From positions 124,001 through 188,000 of the forward strand of contig NW_027192203.1 in the NCBI RefSeq assembly GCF_041956535.1: a stretch of DNA of 64,000 nt, given 5' to 3'. The notes below the pieces were generated by a model, which saw nothing but the letters and a program-made list of their open reading frames with translations, was not told the origin of the DNA and did not search any database. Source of the stretch: Calcarisporiella thermophila CBS 279.70. Its lineage: Eukaryota; Fungi; Calcarisporiellomycota. A program made the translations under genes and the position numbers. Shown here one piece after another: positions 29,616 to 41,486 of the stretch; the first letter of the stretch is position 1; every line of letters begins with the position of its first letter.

Positions 29616-32535
29616 CTAGGTGGTTCGATATACACTGGTCAACAACTGTCGGAAGCCACTAAACTGCCCTTCATTTGCACTCTTGGGAAGCAGGAATTGA
29701 AGGGTCCGCATTCGATTTTCGTCGCCTGTATGGCGGCTGCTGCGAGTGTTTTCCATTAAAAATCCACGCACGCACTTGAGAAGGGATTCGGCGCGTCGGT
29801 GTAGGGCCTGCTCAGAGGCCGAAGGGTCGGCAAACGGATCCACATGCTCGGGTATAAGAAGAAGGGGAAGGGACAGCACACCAATATCATAGCGCGCCAC
29901 AGTTCGTAAAATGTTGCGTATCCCGGTGAGAACGGGAGAGCGGGAGGTAATTTCCGATTTTGAGAGTGCTGTATAGAGAGGGATGAAGGTTAAGCGTATT
30001 AGTATGAGAGTTCAGACTCTAGACCCCCCCCTGTTTTATGCATGATGTATCTCTCTTTCATCGAGGAAGGAGAATTCAGAACACTTACATTCAAATTCGA
30101 CCACTAGGTGAAATACAACATGGTTGAGAGGGAGGTTGGAATGACGAGTGACAAAGAAATCGCCTATCAATCCGCAGCAGAGATGAGGCGAAATCATGGA
30201 TAGAAGAAGGTCGTTAATTTTTGTTTCCAATGGCTTAAATAGAGCAGTGGAGTGATTACCCTCTTTAATCGATGATGTCTTCCCGTCAATTGGAAAATCC
30301 GATTCAATGGCCTCGAGCTGTTTATCGATGTTATCGAAGTGAAACTCTGTAGAGGCCTTGCACTTTTCGAAAAAGGCTAACAAAAGAGGGATTTTAAGTT
30401 TCAGGGAAAGCCCGTCTTGCTGGCGTGGTCGTCACGTACCTCGGTTGGTCGATTTGCCTGACTTATACTTTGGCCAGTCCCTTGGTGTGAGCAAGACTAG
30501 GGTCGCGGATAAATTATTTCCATAGAGGGATGCCGCGGTCTGCGCGCGATGGGCCATCTCTTTAGTTGGATCGGTGCTCTTGGCAAAGAGCGTATCCAAG
30601 TCCGAGACCAGCAGCCTTAAGTTGTGCATCGATTTGACCTGGTTCCCAAGGGACACGGTAAAGGACTCCACGAACTGGGGCTCATTGTCAGTGTAACGTC
30701 CGAGCATCGGCCCACCTGCCTCGTCGTCCATGCCAAGGTTCTCCATGGCTCGCCCGAACAGCACGCTAAGTTTGCGCACCGAACTCCCCCCTTGGCTGGA
30801 CAGAATTGCTTGCTTCTGTTGTTGGAGAAATGATATGGGTGACCAGGTTCGGTTTTTGCCCGAGGAGATGGAAGCGCGGTTGCTAGATCGCGAAGAGGAT
30901 CGCGGGCGTCCGCTTCCCACGGACGAGACGCTTCCTGACCGCGATTTGGGGGGCACAGGTGGGGGTGGGGGCGTTGGGGGAGGAGGAGGGGGAGGGGTGG
31001 ATGCAGCTGCTACGGCTTCATTCACTTTTTGTGGCTGTTCCAAAAGAAGCATAACCGCTTGCTCCTAATTGGGCAAGAATGGGAAATACGAAGGTAAGGT
31101 CGCAGGCTCTATTTTGCATATTCTACACGATCTTGATATACCATGTTACGTTGCGCCATCTTAAGCGCGCACTCTGCGTGAGCCGGCCCGAAACCCATTT
31201 CTTGCAGTTCCTTGATCATTTTCGCCAGCGCTGGATCTTTGGGCTCCTCCATCTAATCGTAGAAACGAGAGATCAGTACCATGCTTGGTGGGTCTAGAGC
31301 CTAGCAATCAACGCCACTCCACCTTTTGAACACTATTGTTGATTGACGGAGCCATTGAGGTGGGCGAAGAAGCAAGGGCCTCCCCACCCTCTTCCTCCCT
31401 GGCCTCTGCACCCGACATTGAACCGGACGAGATGGATCCTCTGGAGGGTAGCTTACTCATTGCCGAAGAAATAATCTCCTTTCCGATCTGCTCGAGATTC
31501 TCTTGCGAATTCGCATTCACATGCGTCTGCCGGTTGAGATAGGCCTCGTGCGCTTCATACAATTTCAGAACGAACTCGCGATATTCGGCCCGCTGCGATG
31601 CCTGGAGCTGCTCGATTTCACTAGCCCAGGTTGCTTGGGCCACCTCCATCTCCTTCGGTAATACAATTGTGTAAAAAGAAAATTCAATAGGATGGGGCTA
31701 TCCATTGCCATACCTCGACATGCCGGGCAAAATACTGGGTCAACCCCCCTTCCTTCCCGCTATCCACCGCCATTTCCATCTCTCTTCCATGTCTATTAGA
31801 AGCAAATCTCTCTGGTCAATAATACATTTCGAGTCCATGTTACGAACACAAAAATGAAGGCAATAGAGGCCAAAAGAGAGAACAAATAGGGAATAGGAAT
31901 AAAAATCAAGAGTAAAGGAGGAGTATTCTCTGACCTTGCTTGGATGCTAGCTAAATCCCTACTTTCTGTTTCTAGCAGTTCGGCCATAGCCATATTGTAA
32001 TTGTGTTCTAACTGGAGAAGTGAGTCAAATATGGAGGGTATTGGCGAATGCACAAGAGTGTGGTATGCGCGTGGAAATATGTCCTTTCGTGAGAAAGACA
32101 ATAATGAGTCCCCACATTTCAAGCAGATAACAAGAAAGCCTATGTATCACCTCTTCTTTTCCGTTGTAGTATTGCCGAGTGTGGTTCTTATATCGCATTA
32201 AGAGCGTGTCCTTCGCTGATTTTATCTCTTCCTCCTCCATAGCTAAAGATTATCGGAAAGGAAAAAAAAATCAGGTCTTCAATAGCCCTCCAACAAAATA
32301 GTAAAGAGCAACAAAAATTACGCTTGAATCTTCTTGCTTCCTCCTTTTCCTTTTCATGAATTAGGGAATAGACGGTAGAGAGTACAGAGATTTCGGTGAA
32401 TGGCACCTGATGCTCTGTAACAAATAATCGTACGGCATCTCGTATACGCTGGCCACGTTTAAGATTTAGGGTGAGCGGCTGTAGAAAGTAGGGGCTTTGG
32501 AGCTCGATGGCAATGTCGTATAATAATGTGTCCAT
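29616..32535 (-). CDS. C12orf4 / FERRY subunit 3 (DUF2362) homolog; multi-exon
   Basis: 'FPRAYHTLVHS...LLQLEHNY', 'QRAEYREFV', 'ESFTVSLGNQVKSMHNLRL', 'LYGNNLS...LL', 'STEFHF', 'GDFFVTRHSNL..HVVFHL', 'RRAE...KCVRGFLME', all recalled C12orf4 motifs. Confidence 0.85.
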
Positions 32536-32956
32536 GATGAATAGGAGCCCGCCTCGACATAAAATAGGCCTGAATGAAAAAAACGCGTCACTTTTTCTTT
32601 TCTTGGATTTTTCGAGTAGAAACTCAAAAATTGGAGAGTGGGAACCAAGAGGACTCCTTCCACTGCGCTTCCGTCCTGAATATATTCCAGTTTCCGTATC
32701 GAGAAGCTGTGAATCTATCTTTATATTTCTAAAGAATGGCCATGGAGTATGAGCAAATACAGGCAACTTGAAACATTGGGAAGAATATTACATCTTCATG
32801 GATAATAAGAATGCATATCAAAATTTTCTCACAGAAGAAAAAACAAACACAACGGAGACAAAGAATCGAGAGAGAGGAGGGGGGAGAGGGAAAAGAAAAT
32901 ATAAAGATAGCACCAAGTACATCCACGCGCACAAGACGACCAGCATGGGCACCTGT

Positions 32957-35591
32957 TTATACGGCTTGGACAATCTCGTCTGCCTTTTCCAGCGCCGATA
33001 TCATCCGTTTACATTCCTGACGTCTCTGTATTGTAAACTCAGACTCCTGGAGCATTTCTTCTAGCAAATCTGTTTTGTAGAGTTCTTGCAGAAGCTCTCT
33101 CTGCAAACCTTCCTTTGCAAACTGCACCAGATTGAGCATCACCGCCTTGGGGACCATATCGGTCATGGTACGTTTGACAATGTTGAAATAGGATTGGATC
33201 AAGAGTTTAATCACCTCTGTCTCAACAGCCTCACGTTCTGACAGAGCACCCGAAGCTTTAAGGACGGGCGGGGGCTAATGTTGTGAATGAACGAAAAAAA
33301 AAAGACGATTAGATGGAGGCTCCACTGAGCAACTCAAGTGGCAAATTTACAGGCTCCAGGACTCCGCTCTTTTTCTTCTTGTTAGAGAAGAAGCTGCCGA
33401 AGAAGGAAGAAGCATTCGGGTCTTCTGTAAGCAATCCGGATGGAAGGTTAGAGCCGGTGCTATTGCGAGCCTTGGGGTCTGCGCCAGCAAGCTGAGGCTT
33501 TGATGCGTTCATTCGCTCTGTCACAATTGCCATAGCCTACAGGTAAGAATGGATGGTTAGCCACGGAGCCCGCACTACAGCATGTGAATGGATGCGCTTA
33601 CCTTGTGCCCATTCAAGAAATCCGGGTGGCCTGTATTCACATAGCATGCCTCCATCGCCACCAAGTCCTGCACCAGCTTCACGGTGGGCGACATGGCGCT
33701 TCGGAAGTAGTTGATCACCGTCTGATAGAATTTCTCCTTCAGTGCGGGGAACCGCTTGAAGCTCTGCTTGGTCAAAAGCTGGCCAAGGATGCGCACAAGC
33801 TCATCATATACCAGGGAGACGCATTTTACGCACGGGTCCTCAAGGCGCTTGATCTGCTGTTTAATGATGACTTCGAAGGCGGTGGTCGCCACAAAGAGGG
33901 CGGGCGAGGATCCCTAGTAGGAGACGCAGGTCAGCGACGGGCAGTCGGGAGGCGGACCAGCTAGAAACTTACCGAGCTGTTATATAGAATGGTTCGAATG
34001 TCGGCGTCTTTGATCTGGTCGAATGGATCGATGGATTTGGCTGCCACCGCAAATACCTCGTGAAACACGTAAGCAATGCGGGCCCCTCCCGACAATTCGA
34101 CGGAGGAAAGCTCGTTCGAGTTCCCGTCAATGATGGTGCGGAATTCATTGCAGAACTCGGTGATGATGTTGAGGGTGAGGTTGGCTTGCAGGGCCGCGTC
34201 GCCTACCGGATCGCCAAGCTGCGCCAGCTCTACTTGGTATTTCGTGAGGGCCGCTTGAATTTTAGCCTTGATCTCAGGCAGCGTGTTGCGAATGTGGTGC
34301 ATCAAGATCATGTTCAGTTTCCGTGCGAGGAACGGCGTGCCGCAGTATTGTGCCTTTGTCTTGTAAGAGGGGTGATTTTCAAAGAAGAGCCGCTCCGACT
34401 CAAGCGCATTCCGGATGGATCGCTTGGTTTCAATGTCACGCTGTCCACGATTGATCACCGGCACATATCCTAAATGACAAGCAAGGAAAGCGGTCAGCAC
34501 GGGGGGCTTCTCGACTCGGCACTGAAGGGCCAAGGGGAAGAGCTGCGCATACCAAGCCGTAAAGGAATGATTTTATTCGCCAAAATGTCGACCACATCTG
34601 TCCCTTGATCCATCAGATCCACCTTGGTTAGCACACCGATGGTTCTGGATCCCTCAGGGTCCACTTCACGTGCTATCTTCAACCCATCAGAATTGGCCAA
34701 ATCCGTGTTCGCAGCCGTCACTGCTAATATAATGGCATTCGGTTTGCTAATGTATTTGAGGACCATCTCACGGATCTGGCGCTCTATGTCCTTTGGCTGG
34801 TCACCCACCGGGACCTGAAATAAGCATTTAGCCGCATATCATTAACCTCGGTTCAAGTCGTCCATGGGAAATGCCGGGAAACTTACCTTGGTTAAACCAG
34901 GAAGATCAACTAAGGTCAGGGTAAGCACATTTGGCGAATAGACTCTCAAATTAATGGGGTTGGGCGAGATACCTTTCGGTGAAAGAAAATGACAGCGTTG
35001 AGCCATGGCGTCATTCCAAAAACAAACCACAAAAATTACCAGCATTTTTTCCGGTCTTTGCTTCTGTATCTTTTATGATTTCTGCTCGAATTTCGTCAAA
35101 ATTATAGAATCGCTTGTTGGGAATGTGGAGGAATTCGCCCCACTCCTCAGGTTCATCATCTTGCTGATCTCCTTCTGCTTTCTTGTCGCCGTTGGGTACA
35201 CTCTGATCTTCCTGTTTAGTGACGCCATTAACTTTGGCAGTAGTAGGTCTATTAATAAGTTGTAGGATCTAATACATCGAAATACGGAGGCAATTAGTCC
35301 ACTAGTCACAGTAATTCCATGAATTCGATGGGGGAGAGGTGGCACTCAATGACAGGAAGAAGCCAGCGAACAAAGAGAAATAGGTACCAGTGGTCTCCGC
35401 GTCACAATTCCTGTTCCGCGAGGAAGAAAATCTCTCCCTACGATGTTCTCTAGTACAGAACTCTTTCCGCTAGATTGGGCGCCAACCACCACAATCTGCG
35501 GTAAATCTATGGGGTTGTAGACCCCGACCATGGCAAACGCATCTTGCAATTTGTTGACTGTTTTGATGAGGGAAGAGCTGAGATCGCTCAT
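32957..35591 (-). CDS. VPS1: Dynamin-related GTPase Vps1; multi-exon
   Basis: '[53 protein letters not shown]', DLPG, TKVD, 'ELSGGARI', 'SFFGSFF', GED '[19 protein letters not shown]'. Confidence 0.95.
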
Positions 35592-35769
35592 TTTGCTTGG
35601 ATATACTTGCGATGGGAGGTAGGATCGGATGGAAAAGAAAGAAAAATTATGCGGCCAAAAAAGATAAGGGGAATGTGTCGCAGTTTTATGAGGGGAAATA
35701 GGCATTTCAGACTCCGGAATTCTCTTAAACGCGAATATTCGAAACATTAATTATTATTCCAAGCCCAAA

Positions 35770-37151
35770 ATGACCGATGTGAATGAAGGTAAAGTTTGAC
35801 AAGCTACCCTCTGACTCCATGTCTCCGCCCACATCCAATATCCCGCTGAACACCTTTGCATTGACCTGACCATCTCTGCCGACATCTCTTTCAGATCTCT
35901 TTGAATTACTCGACTTTGCCATTCAATTGGCCAAGAATGCAGGCGTTATTATCCGTGACGGAATTCAAAGGCGCTATACGGGCAACATCTCTGTTTGCTC
36001 GAAAGATGGCAACCCCTCCGATCTTGTAACGGAGACGGATCAAGCAGTGGAGAAATTTGTTAAGCAGGAGATAGCAAAGACGTACCCAAAACATAAGTAA
36101 AATTCCCTGTTAATTGCAATGTAACATCTCGGAAGAAGTAACTGGAAAGCTTTGTCGATGAATAGATTTGTAGGAGAAGAGAGCGTCGCTGCTGGCGAGA
36201 AATCCATCTTGACCGCCTCGCCGACCTGGATTGTGGATCCAATAGGTAAGATCATTGGCTGCTGGGGTAGTCTAGCTTGGCTCTCTGTTATTCATGCTGT
36301 TCCACTCTCTTTTTTTTTGAAATTGCTAGATGGAACCGCCAATTTTGTACACGGGTAATGGATGCTTCGAAAGGGTGGCCCACCCATCCCTCCAAGGCTG
36401 ACTTGTGAACCTATTTGTAACCTTTCAGTTATCCGTTTGTGGCCATTTCCATTGGCCTGCTCATCAATAAGGAAGCGACCCTCGGAGTTATCTACAACCC
36501 CATCCTCGACGAGCTCTACACGGCTGTCAAGGGCCACGGCGCTTATCTCAACAACACCACTCGCCTGCCACTCTCCCACCCGCACCCGCCCCCGCCCCTC
36601 CCCTCCCTCGCCTCTTGTTTAGTGTCGACCGAGTATGGCTCCAACCGAGCCCCCGAAGTTTTAGCTAAAAAGATGGCCAGCATCAAGAATCTGATCTCAG
36701 CCCATGGCCCCGAGAATCCTAAAGGGGGATCGGTGCACTCGATTAGATCGCTCGGCAGCGCGGCTTTGAACATGTGTATGGTTGCACGAGGGGTCACCGA
36801 TGTTTATTGGGAAATTGGGTGCTGGGAGTGGTAAGTGTCATGCATTTGAATAGATCAACGTACCGAGACCTAGGTCGCATAAAGTTCCCTCCAAGACTGA
36901 TCTGCCTCCTGTTTATTTCTCCAAGGGACGTGGCGGCTGGCACGGTCATAGTCCGTGAGGCAGGGGGAGCCGTCGTCTCGGCCGGCCCCCTCTCCGACGG
37001 CCGCAAACCAACCGAAATATCGGACGCCGAGCTTCTTTTCGGACGGAAGTATCTTGCCATCCGAGCCGCGAGTCGAGAGGAGCAGGAAAATATCATCCAC
37101 GAGATATTCGAGCGGGTTGAACACGACATCGCTGTCCCTAGAGAAATATAG
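35770..37151 (+). CDS. INM1: Inositol monophosphatase; ~7 exons
   Basis: Micro first exon MTDVNE; 'DLVTETD', 'GEES', 'TWIVDPIDGTANFVHG', 'RSLGSAALN', 'WEWDVAAG'. Confidence 0.93.
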
Positions 37152-37371
37152 ACTTTGTGGGAACGAATCAATAAATGGGCCATGGCCTCTTCCTCCCCTA
37201 TCATTTGACACCCGACCGTGAAAAATGGCAAACGCTCTATGGCATTTGTACAATTTCTAACCTTAAAAAACCGAAGCCTTTTTTCCTTTTCATTGATAAA
37301 CTCTTGGAGTCGCTCACAGGGGCTAAGCCACCATGTCTTGGCCTTTCTAATAAAAGGAATTTATAAATCCC

Positions 37372-37409
37372 ACCCTCTCCGCTCCACTCCACTCCACTCC
37401 ATCCCCACT
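37372..37409. repeat. Short (CTCCA)n pentanucleotide tandem downstream of a TATAAA box, upstream of the PB1-UBA gene
   Basis: 'gctccactccactccactccatccccact' follows TTTATAAA at ~37360. Confidence 0.6.
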
Positions 37410-37477
37410 TGTACATTCTTATTGTTCATTCCCCTCACTGTTAAACTGCAAGTCAGGAGAGCAGAGAACCCGCCACC

Positions 37478-39111
37478 ATGCCCATGATATCGGTCAAGTT
37501 TGTGTATAACAACAGCGCACGCCGGCTTATGGTGGACAGCGACAGCGCCAGCTGGGAAGAAGTGAAAGAGAAGGTGGGGAAGACGGCCCCTTTTGATGGC
37601 ACCGCTTTGATACTCTGTGGGATTAACCCGGTCATCTCTTTTTATCCATAGCTTGCCATCATGTTTCCGGCCATTGCGGGCGAGAACCTTTCTCTACAGT
37701 ACGTCGATGGAGAGGGCGACATTATCTCGCTTGATACCACGCTTGAGCTGCGTGAAGCCCTTTGCGGAGGGATCACCAAGTATCACATCTCCATGGACGG
37801 TTGGGAGGGCGGCGTGATAGTCGAAACCCCGGCCACGGAGCGAAGTAGTTTGATGGGCGTTGCAAAAGGAAAGGAGGTGGAGCGAGAGGAGTCGCTCTAC
37901 CCCTTCGAGAGCATTGAGAATGCGGGCGAGGCCTCCATGCCCGCACTGAGAGAAATGCGGGAGATAGAGCCGTCGAGGGACGACGAAAAGCTAATTGAGT
38001 TTCACGAGGAGCCATCCGAAGGCCAGCACAAGAGCAGAGATCAACCGCACGAGGAACAGCGAGAAGAAGGGGCTCAGCCAGCGAACCTCCAAGAGCCGGG
38101 CCAGCAACCGCAAGAGGACCAGGCAGCACAGCAGCAGCAGCAGCAGCAGCAACACGAGCAGCGGCAAACCCTGGCCCAGCCGGACGAGTCGCCATTTATT
38201 CTGGTTCTACAGGCAATCAATGCATTGGCCACCCGTTTCGGAGACTTGCTCAATCGTCACCCAGAGATCACGGAGAGAATCAACGCGATCATCGAGCAGG
38301 TAAGTACGCCAACCCGGTAGATTGCTTCCCTGGCGCTAAGCTTGAAAATTTTGATTAGGTGGTTCAGCATGTCCAAGTTGATGTTGCAGCCATCGAGCGT
38401 TGGCTCATCTCTCTACAGGAGCGCATCCATGAGAATCTGCAGGGAGGTGCAGAGGGCTGCGAGAAATGCAGTGGTCGGCATCGCAGGAAGAGGTCGTTCC
38501 TTCGTCGCGGGGCCCGCCTATCAGCGTCGTCTTCATCTCAGGCCACGTTCGCGCCGCCGCCGCCACCACCACCACCACCAGCGCCACCTTGCGAATTCCC
38601 TCATCCGCCCGTTCCTCATCCCCCTCCTCATCCGCCTAGTCATTTCCCCTCGCCTCCCGCTCCCCCTCCCCCCCACCACCCGCCGGCCACCTTCCCATTC
38701 CCACCCTCTGCGCCCCACCATGTTCCTGGGGAATTCCCCTCGCCCCCTCAGATACCGCTTGTGGCCCAACCCGATGGCGGCCAGCCGCCCCAGGGCCGGG
38801 CTCCAAATCCAGCGGAGGGCCAGACCGTGTACCTCGGTGGCCCTCATGGGTGGATAGCCAGCAGCTACCAGCAGCAGGATCTTCATCATCGCCGGTCTCA
38901 TCGCCATCATCATCGGCACCATGGCCATCCCGCCAATCCCCCCCATCAGGCGGCAGTGGAGCGCCGGCAGCCGCAAGATGTCGGGCAGCTGGTGCAGCAG
39001 CTCGAGAGCATGGGGTTCCGGGATGCCGATCTGGAGGCCCTGGCTCGCCGCTACGGGACGGCCGAGCAAGTTGTGGAGGTGTTGCTGCAGCGAGGTCAGA
39101 CTCGGGAATAG
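37478..39111 (+). CDS. PB1-domain / C-terminal UBA protein (p62/NBR1/TFG-like scaffold), ~500 aa, 3 exons
   Basis: GCCACCATG start; PB1 beta-1 'ISVKFVY..RR' and OPCA motif 'YVDGEGDIISL'; polyQ, Pro-rich and His-rich tracts; UBA-like 'LVQQLESMGF...VVEVLL'. Confidence 0.8.
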
Positions 39112-39872
39112 GGTTTGACGCGCGGGGCAGACTCCAGAAGCCTAGACCAAGACGTCAGGACGCGCTTTATAATAGTGTAATAGTGTACCCATATGTTCTG
39201 TGTGCTCCGCTTCGCAAGAAGCCCCTAGTAAATAACACAAATAAACTTCTGCTGTGGAAAGTGCCGGCGCGAGCCCGGCGGCCGGCCCAGTTGGATTGCG
39301 GCAACGGGCCTCCGCCTGGCGACAAACTGGATTTTAATGGAAGCGCGGCATGGAGCAAATCGATTGCCGCTGGGCCCACGAAAAAGGTTGGGCTGGCCCA
39401 ATGGCGCGCCGCGGTTTTTAATTCTCCGTTTAAAACACGCGCAGAATCAAAGGGCGCGAGGGCTTTTTTTTTTTGCAAGAAAGCACACGCAAGAATAAAA
39501 ACATGGGCCGCGTTGCATCGAAAAGGCTTTAATATAAGCTTAAATGGGCTTTGCATAATTAATTATCTCTTAAGTTTGTGTATCCTTTGTGCTATCTCAT
39601 CCGCGCTCTAATCGCTCGAAAGTGACGTCTCGTTTTTTTTTTTCGTTCACTCAGCTCTATTATTTTTTTAATTTTTTTTATTCTGTTCTTTATTACTATA
39701 TTGTCTTAATCGGTCTTTTGTGTGCTTCTTTTTTGTGTTTTGTGTTTTATTTGTTTCCTTTCTGTAAAGCAAAAAAGAGATCAGATCCTACGGGTGAGCT
39801 TTCGGACCCTCCGTCCTTGCCCCTCTTCATTTCGATTAATGATTAATGATTTTCCATGATGTGATCTAGAAC

Positions 39873-40924
39873 ATGGCATCAGAGCGAAAAACAGGAAAAG
39901 TCAAGGCAAGTGATTGCTGTTTGGAGGGGCCCGCTGCTGAGCTCTCTTACTAAATTCCTCCCCCTCTCCTCCCCCCCCCCCCCTTTGCCCATTCCCGCGA
40001 TTCTAGTTTTTCAATTCACAGAAAGGATATGGTAATTGGCCGGCTGTTCTGCTTGCTATGTGATCGGTGCTCCCTCTCCCATGGGATGAAAGAAAAAAAA
40101 AATACGGCTATTAATTGGCTCTTCTCTACCACCAGGTTTTATTATCCCAAACAACAAACCCTTTCCGAATGACACGACCGAAGGTAGGCTATTGTTGGCT
40201 CTTTGTGGTATTCCCCTCCGCCGCGCTCCCAAGATTCATGAGATTTCTGTGATTTAGTATTTGTCCATCACACTTCGATCTACAATGCCGGCGGGTTTAA
40301 GAGTTTGGCCGAGGTGCTTAGTTTTGACACCTATACCACCCCGCACACTTATACTCTTCTCTTCTCTTTGCTTTTTATCCCGCCCATTTTCCGCGCGGGC
40401 TCAACATAGGGGGAGGACGTGGAGTACGACGAGGTGAGAGGCCCAAAAGGGTTGCAAGCGTTCAATGTTACCGGCCCGGGGGGCGCTCCCGTCATTGGTA
40501 ACCGAACATGTCCCTGGCTGGGCTGTATCTTTAGTGATCTAACTCTGGTTTCCGGACCCCCTCTACAGGCGATCCACAGGCCGGCCAGCGCGGTCAGTTT
40601 CAACACGGGTAAGCAAATGTGTGTGTTTTCGCTCCATTCCTATTTGTGCTTGATGGCGTCTTTCTTGCCTCCCTTGTAGCTACGGCGGATTCAATCCAGG
40701 TAATGAGGATTACTCCAGTACATACTTCCCGTTTCTTTTTTGTTTTGCTTTCTTTGCACTGACCCTCGTCATTGATCGTGTCCTCTGTTGCTGCAGGCTA
40801 CATAATGCAGGGCGGATTCCCGTACACTCAGGGCGGCCAAGGCTACCAGTTTGGTGGCCAGCAGCAGCAGCAGCAGCAATACGGCTTCTACGGAGGACAG
40901 ACCTACGGGCATGGCGGACAGTAA
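39873..40924 (+). CDS. Cold-shock domain protein with Gly/Gln/Tyr-rich tail; 8 exons, first intron GC-AG
   Basis: Spliced product: MASERKTGKVK|FFNSQKGYG|FIIP...E|VFVHHTSI..GGFKSLAE|GEDVEY...GPKGLQAFNVTGPGG, containing the RNP1/RNP2 motifs of the CSD. Confidence 0.92.
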
Positions 40925-41486
40925 TCTTTGGATGACAAAAATTGTAATTACGAGTGTGCTTGAGTGTGTATGGGAGGATAAAATAAAAAATATCACATAA
41001 TTTAGGCTAAACTTATCATAAATAGCGTGCGAAGGGAGAATTATTATTTATTAGTTGTAGCTAGCTTTTCTTTTCTTTCTCTCGTATTTTTTCTTCTTTT
41101 TTTTTTTCCCCACACGGGAGGAATGGATTGGTTGTTCACACTCTATTGTTCGCCATGGTTCTGTCTTTTTTTTTTTAATCAATGGAGCCCGCTCCTCTAG
41201 GTACTCCTTTCTTCTTTGGATTGACTCTCGCCCTCTTTCCTGTGTAATATTAGGAGTTCAACCTTTTCCTTTTCCTTTCCTTGAAATGGCTCTGTCACTT
41301 GGCAGTCTGGGAAACGTGGGGTCAGGTGGCTTTGGATGTGACGGAGCTTGGGAGAAATGAAAATCTTAGAGTTGATTGGGGAGGGGCCTTGGATGTGAAT
41401 TAGATATCATATTCTGCCAGCAAAAAAAAAAAAAACCAACCGCCTAATCCTCAAGACGGAGCGGGCGATCCTAGAAGAGAAGAGCC

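Noticed and set aside
34845-34870. tRNA T-loop/B-box-like GGTTCAAGTC (also GGATTCAAACCC near 55834)
   Set aside because: No cloverleaf or A-box could be built around either; the first lies within a Vps1 intron.
40700-40765. Box C/D snoRNA-like ATGAGGA...CTGA in a CSD intron
   Set aside because: Too short, overlaps the donor and likely branch site, with no terminal stem or recognisable guide.
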